Source: an uncultured Alphaproteobacteria bacterium
GTDB lineage: Bacteria > Pseudomonadota > Alphaproteobacteria > RF32 > CAG-239
Length of the DNA stretch: 63,044 bases
Assembly (NCBI GenBank): GCA_944392865.1
Contig: CALXYD010000003.1
Location: forward strand, 1 to 63,044
Reading direction: 5' to 3'
This document shows, piece after piece, positions 18,501 through 26,722 of the stretch; position 1 is the first letter of the stretch; each line of letters starts with the position of its first letter. Under the pieces are notes generated by a model. It made no database searches. It worked only from the letters and a program-made list of their open reading frames with translations, and had not been told where the DNA came from. A program made the translations under genes and the position numbers.

Positions 18501-20022
18501 CGTTCTTTTCGTAATAGTCAACGGCGACCATCATATCGTCCGGATTGGCGAGCGCAAGGGCGCGGTTTTTCTCGGCGGATGATGTTATGATTTCTTTACC
18601 GTCTTCATCTTTAATGCGAATTTCTTTTCCGTCATCGCCGATGATGGTTACATAAGTCGGTTCAAGCGCCATTGAGGCTTCAATATTGGCGGGACTGAGT
18701 TTGGGGTTGATGTTGGCAATATACGCGTTCCAGTTGTCGGAGGAACGAACTTCGTCAAGATATTTGTTGACCTCTTCTTCAGTCAACGGCGGTTCCGGTT
18801 GCGGGGCATCCGGTGCCGGTGCGTCGTTAGCCGGTGCGTCGTTAGCCGGTGCGTCGTTAGCCGGTGCGTCATTAACCGGTGCGTCGTTGGACGGCGCATC
18901 GTTAGTCGGTGCGTCATTAGATGGCGTGTTTTCCGGCTGGTTTACATCATTGCTACGGGAGCGAATGGCATTTATGAAGATGTCGTTAACCGATGTGGCA
19001 ATTTCCCGCCGCTGGTCTTCCGGCAGACGGAGGATGGCGGCGTTAAACAGATCGGCATCTTCTTTTCGCAATTTGTATCCGTTGGCAATTTCGCCGGCGA
19101 GCAGAGTGGCAGCCGCATGGATTTCCCCACGGAGCAACCGATTGTCTGCGTTGGGGTTGTTGGTTATGTCTTGCAGATGGTTTTGTATCCAGCTGATGTT
19201 TTCGGCGGCTTTGTCGGCGTCGGCCATCAGCTTGGCGGCGTTTTCCTTGGCAATATCGGAGGTGTGGGGGCTGTTGATGATGTTTTGCAAGTTTTCTCTG
19301 CCCTCGGCACTAATTTCATACGGGCTGGCGTTGAGAACGCTCATATCCATCGCCGGAGCAGGCGCGCCGGGGGCGGCGGTGTCAGGCAGGGGTTTTCCCT
19401 CTGACAAAATGCGGGCGTTGGCTTTTGCCGTGTCGGTGGTGTATTCGCTGTTAATGATGTTTTGTAAAATCTGCTTATCCGCTTCGGTCAGTTCCGCCGG
19501 GTCTTTGTTTAAAACGGAAAGGTCAATTATCGGCGGCAAATCGTCTGCGTTTGAGGCGTTGTTTTCTTCGGTTTTGGTTTCTTCGGTTTTTGTTTCTTCA
19601 ACTTTTTCCGGTTGCGGCGCTTCCGGCGTATCATTGGCCGGGGCGTCGTTAGCCGATGTGTTTTCCGGTTGCGGCGTCGGGGCGGCATTATCGTCCAAGT
19701 TGGTTTCTGCAGCCCGCTCTTTATTTTCCTCAACCCGTGCTTTATTTTCTTCTGATTTTTGCATGATTTCCGCCAGTGAGGCTTTTTGTTCTTCATTAAG
19801 TGCCTCTTCTGCCGCTTTCAGAGCGTCGGCATGATTTTCTTTCAGCTTATTATATTTATCCAGATATTCGGTCTTGAGCGTTTTGTCGGACGTGTTGGCC
19901 ATTTCCGTCAGCAAAGAGGATAACTGGCGTCTGATTTCTTTTTCATCACTTCTGGTCAGCTCCTTTTTGCGGGCGATATTGTCCAAGGTGTTGAAAATCG
20001 TGTCCATATTATTCTTAGGCAT
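15514..20022 (-). CDS. Giant orphan protein (1502 aa) with acidic coiled-coil regions, NDAPx repeats and a central hydrophobic block
   Basis: ATG at 20022, 7 nt after GAGGAG. There is no signal peptide. An internal duplication is present (DLSVLNKDP..LQNIINSEYT / DMSVLNASP..LQNIINSPHT). Two or more hydrophobic segments occur (ALFAVASLANPVGVPALVAY, IAMVLGAGITSTLAAIPAATGL). No enzymatic motif recognised. Confidence 0.85.
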   Translation of the reverse strand: MPKNNMDTIFNTLDNIARKKELTRSDEKEIRRQLSSLLTEMANTSDKTLKTEYLDKYNKLKENHADALKAAEEALNEEQKASLAEIMQKSEENKARVEENKERAAETNLDDNAAPTPQPENTSANDAPANDTPEAPQPEKVEETKTEETKTEENNASNADDLPPIIDLSVLNKDPAELTEADKQILQNIINSEYTTDTAKANARILSEGKPLPDTAAPGAPAPAMDMSVLNASPYEISAEGRENLQNIINSPHTSDIAKENAAKLMADADKAAENISWIQNHLQDITNNPNADNRLLRGEIHAAATLLAGEIANGYKLRKEDADLFNAAILRLPEDQRREIATSVNDIFINAIRSRSNDVNQPENTPSNDAPTNDAPSNDAPVNDAPANDAPANDAPANDAPAPDAPQPEPPLTEEEVNKYLDEVRSSDNWNAYIANINPKLSPANIEASMALEPTYVTIIGDDGKEIRIKDEDGKEIITSSAEKNRALALANPDDMMVAVDYYEKNGKLDEIAGTIAAHLQQYGSADLNPDNAYMLLAMADKIKDNPQFADIYKEFSAKLATALRDYDLQNMGKLTEEQLRTNYDNAHKALAEFTPTDADGKPTIEGYTFTDDNGKPLKKKKNAKNQEAVLKMARELAAQEIAKTGLEEDPKKRGEQLNKIMNDKIEMLLHSEDGKKTFNQTELAARMGANYTRAETFKNRVQQRFKGSKLGQKVTTRLEQLDKDLTKLYGAKYIKAKKVTKTVAKAGWNFMKSQALFAVASLANPVGVPALVAYNTCKQWKALKNQLKDPSLSKGKKIAMVLGAGITSTLAAIPAATGLDGVLNAMGVNTPALLQAATNAGSTLGVIGRTAVSTAAMSIPNLVEKYSLHSQKKALQAEIKNLGPDGKPTSEAINKHKDSIKALDDKIAAIQNGDSLGHAFKTFIGYNQRKLKKLAAQKEQLEKNPPRDRAAINAAMKELEAKQQKNKSELITKSLNSAVGIGLANSGLMPSIGEWASEKINNAADTVSEAAGDVVDKVTEAVRGEPDMVNGRVPTELEQKAYEAAYRQNLPEDTFNSPDNKASIYQPGYDRTPEGMAQDAADKAILAEYKAQTGHDFDMEAYEEKYNPGIPDETSARLSENLEAAKAENSSGIEGKSAFAHTLSHLESLGDSRISDTNAMAEDLCEHLGTKAGQATIACKMAPYALQEALGLEGLPDGKPTSYNMINYLASHELTPEQQTALDNFIEKNFDGAKFKTENFADYNQPSREELLAEIGKGVKETIADNVRHDLSIDPNVEKPHIWRDEKGQLTVDLEGARMLAGGNHGNQDPVNTTVVVPPQNNTTVIYEQPTNNSVLYADMYTDTYNYQFRDGELFIRDPHLSRDLSVKYSGAYISTVDGTVLYASASRYEPDKWASNIRTAEFERSRDTSAYDRSGDREWLRDNARDMAYGGAYPVGRSLLGNGTITYVGANYNSIYDRVDENSARNYMANNTLGTIRHGAAAARDVVATVGMFKDMLGR
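18816..18920. repeat. Seven tandem 15-bp repeats (ccggtgcgtcgttag) encoding (NDAPx)7 in the giant protein
   Basis: Head-to-tail 15-mers, three of them identical and the rest with 1-4 substitutions. In frame on the minus strand. Confidence 0.9.
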
Positions 20023-20058
20023 TGCTTTTCTCCTCTGCAAATCTATGCAATTTTGAGT

Positions 20059-20087
20059 AGTATATCATAAAAAAACGCTTGGTGCAA
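20059..20087 (-). promoter_or_regulatory. Sigma70-type promoter candidate for the giant gene
   Basis: On the minus strand: TTGCAC, 17 nt, TATACT. About 30 nt of leader precede the SD and ATG. Confidence 0.55.
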
Positions 20088-20171
20088 GCGCAAATTTTTA
20101 TGATATTTTAACCATCGGTTTCTTAATATATTCTAAAAATTTTAACTCTAACCGGCGGATTTTAAAAGAAA

Positions 20172-20909
20172 ATGTCTGATACGGCCTATAAAATGCTCGC
20201 GAAAGAGGCGAAAGTGCTTGAATACTGGCGCAAAAAATATTTGGGGCAAGCGGCAATGGTGTTGATTGCGGCGGCGGGCGCCATGGCGGCGGCGTGGTTT
20301 TATGTTGGGGCGGCGCTGTTGAAACTGCTGTTCAGCCTTTGTGCGGTTTTGGTTGCCTATCTTATGCTTAAAGAATTGCGCGAGAGTCTGCAGACGCGCG
20401 GGGAAATGCTGATTTTTGCCAAAGGGAAAGATCTGTTTGCCGATGTGGTGTTTGATTACGGGCAGGGGCTTGACAAGGATGACAAGCTTTGGGAGGCATG
20501 GGAATATAATGTCCGCGAATGTCGCGGCGTGCTTTTCGGCGAGGGGTATTTGCTTGAAGAAGACTGGCTTTACAATACCGCGGCGGCGAAATTCTGGACA
20601 CTGAAAATGACGGTGTTTGAAGGGGTGTTGCTGGCGGCGGTTTGCCCGGCCGGCAAAGAAAATGCGCTTGCCGACCGGCAGGAAATCCGCGCGGCGGGGG
20701 AGAAAATGCGCCGTATGCTCGGGGCGAAGAAAATGCGAATCGTGGCCGGAGAAGGGCGAATCGGATTCTATTTTCAGACACCGGGCAGGATGTTTCACCA
20801 ATTCGGGCTGTGGCGTCCCAATGCGATGGGGGCGTTTGTCCGGCGGGTGGAGGCGTTGAAAACGCTGGCGGCGGAAATTTCGGCGTTGGCAAAGGTTGAC
20901 AAGCGCTGA
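20172..20909 (+). CDS. Hypothetical membrane protein (245 aa)
   Basis: N-terminal double TM (AAMVLIAAAGAMAAAWFYVGAALLKLLFSLCAVLVAYLML). The competing minus-strand ORF is R/F/H-rich antisense noise. Confidence 0.55.
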   Translation: MSDTAYKMLAKEAKVLEYWRKKYLGQAAMVLIAAAGAMAAAWFYVGAALLKLLFSLCAVLVAYLMLKELRESLQTRGEMLIFAKGKDLFADVVFDYGQGLDKDDKLWEAWEYNVRECRGVLFGEGYLLEEDWLYNTAAAKFWTLKMTVFEGVLLAAVCPAGKENALADRQEIRAAGEKMRRMLGAKKMRIVAGEGRIGFYFQTPGRMFHQFGLWRPNAMGAFVRRVEALKTLAAEISALAKVDKR

Positions 20910-20962
20910 GAGGTTTGTTATTTCAATAAGCAGAATTTTTTTTATTTTGAGGGAGGTTTTTG

Positions 20963-22465
20963 ATGAGATTTAAGAGTTTTGCGGCGGCATTGTTTTTAAC
21001 GGCGGCGGCGGTTCCGGCGGCTCAGGCGCTGTTACCGGCGGAAAGTTCCGCGCCGGCGACGGAAATTACTATTTACAATCAGGATTTGGCGCTGATTAAA
21101 AAAAGCCAGAAGCAGGCGATGAAACCGGGCGTCAACGAAGTGGTGTTTAACGAGGTTGCCAGGCAGATGCGTCCCGAATCGGCGTTTATCTTCGGCGACG
21201 GAGTGAAAATTCTGGAACAGAATTATGACTATGCGGGCGTTAACTATATGAATCTGCTTAACGCCAATATCGGGCGGCAGGTGCGGACGGTGCGCACGAA
21301 TCCGGCTACCGGCGAGAATATTTTTGAGCGCGCCCTTTTGGTGGCGGTGGACGGAATGTCGCCGGTGCTGAAATTTAAATATGGGATTGAAACGAATTTT
21401 CCCGGGCGGGTGCTGTTTGACAATGTGCCGCTTGCGCTGAACAGCACGCCGGTTTTGAAAGCGCTTGCCGAGACGGAAACGGCGGGAGACAAAGAATTGC
21501 ATTTGGCGTATCTGACTTCCGGCTTTTCGTGGGAAGCGAATTATGTGGCGAAAGTCAATGACGCGGAGACGCTTGAGTTGCTGGGGCGCGTTTCGCTCAA
21601 CAACAGTTCGGGCAGCGCTTACGACAATGTTACGGTTAATCTGATTGCCGGCGATGTCAATACGGTCGGGGCAATTATGCAGCCGCGTATGTTTAAGGCG
21701 GCCATGTTGAATACGATGGCGGACGGGGTGTCTTTGGGGGCGGCGGAATCCGCGCCGGTGATTGCGGCGCCGCAGAATCTGAACGGCTATTATATCTATA
21801 AAATTCCACAGCCGACTTCGCTTAAAGACGGGCAAATCAAACAGGTGTCGTTTGTCAATGCGCCGGCGGTGAAGTATAAAAAACGCGGAGAGGTGGTGTC
21901 CAGGCTGTCGTTCGGGAAGATAAAGACGTCGTTTAAGGATGTGCATCCGGAGCTGTTGTATAATTTTGCCAATAATAAGGATGACGGCCTTGGTATGCCG
22001 TTGCCGAAAGGGAAAATCAGCTTTTATGACTACGATAAGAACGGCGCGTTGCAGTTTGTCGGCGAAAACGCTATTGATAATAAAGCCGAGGGGCAGGAAC
22101 TGACACTGCGTCTGGGCAAGTTTTTTGACGTCTATGCCGATGGAGAGGTGACGGATATTCAGAAAATCAATGAGCGGAAATATAAAAAGCAGCCGTCCGA
22201 TACATGCGTTACCGCGGAAACGACTAATCTGTATGAGGTTACTTACACGGTAACGAACAAGTCGGCGCAGGAGGCGAATATCGTGTTGAAACAGTCGCTT
22301 CCGGCAGCGGCAACGGTAGTCAAAGAAGATATTAAGAGCGAGGCGGGCGACGGTAACGGACGCGTTTGGCGCTATACGGTGGCGCCGGGAGCGACGCACG
22401 AGCTCAAAATCAGCGTGCAGAACAAAGTTGAGCAACGCGATTGCGGCGTTATTGAGCTGAATTAG
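20963..22465 (+). CDS. Secreted DUF4139-like protein
   Basis: ATG at 20963 after GAGGGAGG. Signal peptide MRFKSFAAALFLTAAAVPAAQA. The beta-rich body resembles DUF4139/MuiA-family proteins from memory; no HMM was run. Confidence 0.7.
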   Translation: MRFKSFAAALFLTAAAVPAAQALLPAESSAPATEITIYNQDLALIKKSQKQAMKPGVNEVVFNEVARQMRPESAFIFGDGVKILEQNYDYAGVNYMNLLNANIGRQVRTVRTNPATGENIFERALLVAVDGMSPVLKFKYGIETNFPGRVLFDNVPLALNSTPVLKALAETETAGDKELHLAYLTSGFSWEANYVAKVNDAETLELLGRVSLNNSSGSAYDNVTVNLIAGDVNTVGAIMQPRMFKAAMLNTMADGVSLGAAESAPVIAAPQNLNGYYIYKIPQPTSLKDGQIKQVSFVNAPAVKYKKRGEVVSRLSFGKIKTSFKDVHPELLYNFANNKDDGLGMPLPKGKISFYDYDKNGALQFVGENAIDNKAEGQELTLRLGKFFDVYADGEVTDIQKINERKYKKQPSDTCVTAETTNLYEVTYTVTNKSAQEANIVLKQSLPAAATVVKEDIKSEAGDGNGRVWRYTVAPGATHELKISVQNKVEQRDCGVIELN

Positions 22466-22535
22466 CGGCGCTATGGCGGCGGGGAAAGGAGGTAAGGCTT
22501 TTCCCCGCGTTACTTTTTACGGACGAGAGGACGGA

Positions 22536-23666
22536 ATGATGAAATTATTAAAGCATAAATTGCCGATGATGGCCGGAATGGTGGCGTGTCTGGTGTTTGG
22601 GGCGGAGAACGCGGCGGCGGAGATTGACGCGCGGTTTGCTGATGAGGCGAGTTTCCGGACGTATTTCCGCGGGTTGACAACACAATATGATAAAGACTGG
22701 GCGCTGGCGGCGGCGGTGGTTTATTGCAAGCCGGAGCTTGCGAAAATTGCGTTGGATGGTGGGGCTTCCATCAATACGACCGCGGAGCAGGTAAGGTATG
22801 ATGGTTTTGGCTTTGATGAAGGGCGATGGCTGTTTATCAACGGGGAAGAAATTATTGCCCCTCCCGGTGCGATAGGGATTTATCCATTTGATGACACGAA
22901 AGATGATCCAGCAAAGCGGTATGAATTAGCGTATGATGGATATACGCCGCCGTCGCTTTGCAAATGTATACCTGTTGAAGTTGTCGGGCAGGGCGTTAAG
23001 CCTCTGGCGGTGGTGGCGGCGGAAGTATGTGCAGATGTGCGGCGGGACAGCGTGGCAATGGCAGCGATGTTGCATGATTACGGCGCCGATTATGCACGCG
23101 ATGGGGAAGCGGCTATGAAAGCTGCATTCAAGGCACAAGACGCGGCAATGGTGCGAGCCTTGCAGCAATATAACGTAGCGGCGAAGTTGACGAAAGAAGA
23201 GGCGCAAGAATATTTATCCAATGTCCGAGAGGCTTTTTTGCTTGAGGAATTACTGATAGCCGGTGCGGACATAAACGGTTATGATAAGTTTGGGGTGACT
23301 CCGTTGATGCGAGCGGCGGCGGCAGGCCGGGTGGACATGGTCAAGTTGTTGTTGGAGAAAGGTGCTGATGTCCGGGCGGTTACGCGGGACGAGAAAAAGA
23401 CTGTGATGCTGTATGTTCTGGAGGCGGCTGATATGAATGAGTTTTCGGCGGAAAGTTGGGAACAATCTATCCGTATTCTGCTGGATGAAGGGGCGGTGGT
23501 TGACGATACCGTTCTGGCAAAAGCGCGAGAGCTTGCCGGGGAAGGTGGGCACTGGTTTGCCGGTGTTTTTTTCACACCGGAGATGAAAAAGAAAGTGTCC
23601 GAGGTTTCGACAATGCTACAGGAATATGCCAATAAACAAGTTCAGCAAGCAGGGGAGAATAGATGA
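22536..23666 (+). CDS. Secreted ankyrin-repeat protein, paralog A (376 aa)
   Basis: ATG at 22536. Signal peptide MMKLLKHKLPMMAGMVACLVFGAENAAA. ANK units such as GVTPLMRAAAAGRVDMVKLLLEKGADV. Confidence 0.85.
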   Translation: MMKLLKHKLPMMAGMVACLVFGAENAAAEIDARFADEASFRTYFRGLTTQYDKDWALAAAVVYCKPELAKIALDGGASINTTAEQVRYDGFGFDEGRWLFINGEEIIAPPGAIGIYPFDDTKDDPAKRYELAYDGYTPPSLCKCIPVEVVGQGVKPLAVVAAEVCADVRRDSVAMAAMLHDYGADYARDGEAAMKAAFKAQDAAMVRALQQYNVAAKLTKEEAQEYLSNVREAFLLEELLIAGADINGYDKFGVTPLMRAAAAGRVDMVKLLLEKGADVRAVTRDEKKTVMLYVLEAADMNEFSAESWEQSIRILLDEGAVVDDTVLAKARELAGEGGHWFAGVFFTPEMKKKVSEVSTMLQEYANKQVQQAGENR

Positions 23667-25102
23667 TGTTTAAATTAAAACATAAGTTGCCGGCGATGGT
23701 TGGAATGGCGGCGAGTCTGGTGTTTGGGGCGGAGAATGCAGCGGCGGAGATTGACGCGCGGTTTGCCGATGAGGCGAGTTTCCGGACGTATTTCAGCGGA
23801 TTGACAACACAATATGATAAAGACTGGGCGTTGGCGGCGGCGGTGGTTTATTGCAAGCCGGAGCTTGCGAAAATCGCGTTGGACGGCGGGGCTTCCATCA
23901 ATACGACCGCGGAGCAGGTAGGATATAGATATTTTGGCTTTGATAAAGGGCGGTGGCTGTTTATCAACGGGGAAGAAACCCTTGCGCCAGTCCCTTATGG
24001 GGATAGAGGCATTGTCGGCGGTACGGGCAGATATGCTTATATTGCGGACTATAATGAGAAGCTTGCCCGCTATGAATTGTCTTACGATGGGAACAGCAGG
24101 AATCCCAAATGGTGGATGCTGCCGGATAAGGGTGTTTCTTACGGTGAAAAAACATTGCTCGGGACTTGCGGAAGTAAGGCCATGACGAAGCTGCTGTTGG
24201 ATTATGGCGCGGATGCATCGACAGACGGCGCGGCGGCGATGGCATTGCGGAAAGCATTTTTTCAAAGAGATTTGCCGGTTGTTGAATTTTGGCTGAACGA
24301 GGGGGTTAAATTGCCATTTGAGCACCAAACCGTGCAAACTTTGCTATCAACAACGGATAATGAGAAAATGTTCAAAATGCTGATTGATATGGGCGGAGAT
24401 GTCAATGCGTATGACGAGGACGGAAAAACGCCGTTGATGCATGCGGTAAATTTTTCTTCGGATATTGTGCGGAATTTATTGAAATACGGAGCAGATGTCA
24501 ACGCTAAAGATAAAAAAGACGGCAAGCCGGCGTGGTTGCAGATTGCCGTTGTATCAATGTCATCGAATCCCGAGGCGGAAACTTTGCGGCTGTTGTTGGC
24601 GGCAGGGGTTGACGCTACGCTGAAATCAAACAGCGGATATGATATATTTGCGGCGATTGAAACTTATAAACAGCGGGCGGAATCTGCCGAGGGCGACGAT
24701 AAGGCGGATAAACAGGAATGTGCAAGATTGTTGCAGGAATATGCAGAGGGGTGGGAGAGCAAGTATAAGGCTGTTGCGGAGGCAAGGGCGGCTGCGCAGC
24801 AGGATAAATATCGCCGTTATAAAAAGCCGGTGGTGCAGAATGCTTTGCCGAGGATGGCGAGAAAGTTGAAATCGCAGCGGGAATTGCCGTCGGTAGAAGA
24901 AATGTATAAACTGCATGAGAAAGCTGAGCACGGGGCAAGAAAAGCGGAAACGAGCTTTTTGGCGCCGGGAGCGGAACAACCTTCTGCCGGAAAAGGAACG
25001 GCAGCTCCGGCAGCGGACGGAAATAATACGGGGGCGGAAAGTGCAAACGGCGGAAGGGAAATACCGGCTGAGGAGGTTGAAGAGCAGATTTTGTTATTCT
25101 AA
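23663..25102 (+). CDS. Secreted ankyrin-repeat protein, paralog B (479 aa)
   Basis: ATGA start/stop overlap with paralog A. The first ~95 aa are nearly identical to paralog A. ANK units such as GKTPLMHAVNFSSDIVRNLLKYGADV. Lys/Ala-rich C-terminal tail. Confidence 0.85.
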   Translation: MMFKLKHKLPAMVGMAASLVFGAENAAAEIDARFADEASFRTYFSGLTTQYDKDWALAAAVVYCKPELAKIALDGGASINTTAEQVGYRYFGFDKGRWLFINGEETLAPVPYGDRGIVGGTGRYAYIADYNEKLARYELSYDGNSRNPKWWMLPDKGVSYGEKTLLGTCGSKAMTKLLLDYGADASTDGAAAMALRKAFFQRDLPVVEFWLNEGVKLPFEHQTVQTLLSTTDNEKMFKMLIDMGGDVNAYDEDGKTPLMHAVNFSSDIVRNLLKYGADVNAKDKKDGKPAWLQIAVVSMSSNPEAETLRLLLAAGVDATLKSNSGYDIFAAIETYKQRAESAEGDDKADKQECARLLQEYAEGWESKYKAVAEARAAAQQDKYRRYKKPVVQNALPRMARKLKSQRELPSVEEMYKLHEKAEHGARKAETSFLAPGAEQPSAGKGTAAPAADGNNTGAESANGGREIPAEEVEEQILLF

Positions 25103-25210
25103 CAAGGGGAATAAGGTAAAAAAATACTTGACGTTTGAGAAAAAGCATTTTAAGTTGCTTGCGTTGTCTGGTTATAGCGGTGGTTATGCGTCGGTATAGC
25201 GAGGCTTAAC

Positions 25211-25300
25211 GGAGACGTGGCAGAGTGGTTTAATGCACCTGACTTGAAATCAGACGAGGGCGCAAGTCCTCCCGGGGTTCGAATCCCTGCGTCTCCGCCA
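25211..25300 (+). tRNA. tRNA-Ser (anticodon UGA)
   Basis: GGAGACG...CTTGAAA loop...long variable arm...GGTTCGAATCCCTGCGTCTCCGCCA. Acceptor stem GGAGACG/CGTCTCC and encoded CCA. Confidence 0.95.
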
Positions 25301-25598
25301 GTTATAAGTTAAAGAGAGGCGCCAGATGGCGCTTTTTTTGTGGTTTGCGCTGCGGGGGATTTGAACCCCGGAGAGAGGGGTTCGACTACCAGCTCAAGGC
25401 GGGCGGAAGAACGCCGGTCGGCGGAGCCGATGAGCGCCCGTGCGGCCGAGCGTAGTGAAGGTCAATCCCTGCGTCTCCGCCAGTTATAAGTTAAAGAGAG
25501 GCGCCGGGGGGCGCTTTTTTTGTGGTTTGCGCTGCGGGGGGATTTGAACCCCGGAGAGAGGGGTTCGACTACCAGCTCAAGGCGGGCGGAAGAACGCC
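25282..25598 (+). repeat. Direct repeat with 182-bp period: two 134/135-nt copies starting inside the tRNA-Ser 3' end
   Basis: 25282-25415 versus 25464-25598 differ by 3 substitutions in a hairpin loop plus one extra g. Each copy holds the last 19 nt of tRNA-Ser, a terminator hairpin and a minus-strand T-arm-like motif ggggttcaaatccccc. Confidence 0.9.
25318..25339 (+). terminator. Rho-independent terminator after tRNA-Ser
   Basis: gcgcc-agat-ggcgc followed by TTTTTTT. It is duplicated at about 25500-25521. Confidence 0.7.
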
Positions 25599-25680
25599 AA
25601 AGTTATGAGGTTCGGGGTGGCGGAAGATGCGACGGGAACGGGGCGGAGAATTTTTTTTAATATTTGTCTATTTTTTAGGG

Positions 25681-25708
25681 TTGACAAAACGGAAAAGCCT
25701 ATTATACT
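25681..25708 (+). promoter_or_regulatory. Sigma70-type promoter candidate
   Basis: TTGACA, 16 nt, TATACT, in AT-rich DNA upstream of the 25757 ORF. Confidence 0.45.
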
Positions 25709-25756
25709 GCCGACTGATGAATTTAACTATATGTTTTATTATTAAAATCTTTACTT

Positions 25757-26296
25757 ATGAAAAATTTAGTTGATTTGATGAATTTTCGGCATACCGGAGA
25801 TTTGTCTGACGGTGTTTCTCTCTATTGCAAAAAAATAGGAAATGTGGAAGAAAATCACAATGCAATGGGGCGATTACAAGGGGAATGCAAGCCTCAAAAA
25901 TCCAGAAAATTGAAGATTTTCGGATTTCTGCTTGTGGCATTGTTGCTTTTGGTTGCCGGTGGAGCTTATTATCTTGACTATCAAAAGCGGCAAACGGCAG
26001 AAATTGACCAAATGCAAACGGATATTCCGGCGCAAAGGCAAAATCTTTCAGAATTGGCGGTTGCTGAAGACAATCAATGCATGGCGGAAGCAGGAGAAGA
26101 AAAAAATCTCTTGCCGGACGGTGCTACAAAAATAACTGCAACCGAGGCGTCCGGCGGAATGCTTATTTTTTTCGGTTGTGTGGTGGTTGTGTTGACACTT
26201 CTTATTCCGGTAATGTGCAAAGAGCAATATGTGGACATTGTTGCCGGATTTCTCATCCTTTTTGCGTTTATTGCTACGATAATATGCTTGTGGTAA
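25757..26296 (+). CDS. Hypothetical membrane protein (179 aa)
   Basis: ORF with a TM segment (IFGFLLVALLLLVAGGAYY) and two C-terminal TM segments. No SD. A terminator hairpin lies downstream. Confidence 0.45.
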   Translation: MKNLVDLMNFRHTGDLSDGVSLYCKKIGNVEENHNAMGRLQGECKPQKSRKLKIFGFLLVALLLLVAGGAYYLDYQKRQTAEIDQMQTDIPAQRQNLSELAVAEDNQCMAEAGEEKNLLPDGATKITATEASGGMLIFFGCVVVVLTLLIPVMCKEQYVDIVAGFLILFAFIATIICLW

Positions 26297-26352
26297 TAGA
26301 AATTTTCCTGCGGTAAAAATATATCCGCTTTGTTCCATAATAGTTTTAGGTT

Positions 26353-26396
26353 ATCCCCCTTACGAAAGGCAGTGCTTTTTGCGGGGGGATTTTTTA
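26353..26396 (+). terminator. Terminator candidate
   Basis: atccccc ... ggggggat stem followed by TTTTTT. Confidence 0.5.
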
Positions 26397-26722
26397 TGCG
26401 GATTTTACGGGTGTTCAAAGTGGCCATAGCCTGATGCGGTAGATAATAAATGTAATCAGCCGGGCGATGGCGCGTTGCGGCAAGATGACGGGCGGGAGCT
26501 ACGAAACCGGGTTTGTGCCGAACCACAGCACTTGCGGCAATGCTGAGCTTGTATGGTAAAAAGAAGATGGGGAGAACAAATGCGGTTAATGCGGAAGTAT
26601 GGATTGTCAAGAGGAATGTGTCAGGTTTTCCTGTTTTTCCGATGGCAAATAAGGCTTGATTTCAGATGAAAATATGATATAAATAAAAGCAGGTATTTAA
26701 TGTTTTGTTTAATTATTTTTAT

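Noticed and set aside
18816-18920. Short regular repeats that could superficially suggest a CRISPR array.
   Set aside because: The period is 15 bp with no spacers, and the repeats are in frame inside a coding region.
16516-19834. Several 100-380-aa plus-strand ORFs.
   Set aside because: All lie antisense to the giant 1502-aa gene. They are low in complexity (Ala/Ser/Gly/Val runs that mirror the NDAPx repeats).
20148-20801. 217-aa minus-strand ORF.
   Set aside because: It has the R/F/H/K-rich composition of the other antisense frames. The plus-strand partner has a proper TM domain and start context.
21032-22435. 467-aa minus-strand ORF.
   Set aside because: It is antisense to the DUF4139-like gene, and is Arg-rich with no motifs.
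25369-25483. Possible tmRNA or mini-tRNA. ggagagaggggttcgac resembles a tmRNA 5' end, and the segment ends in ..tctccgcca.
   Set aside because: It is only about 115 nt, has no tag reading frame or pseudoknot-sized body, and the acceptor pairing is only 5 bp. It is better explained as part of the duplicated tRNA-Ser flank.
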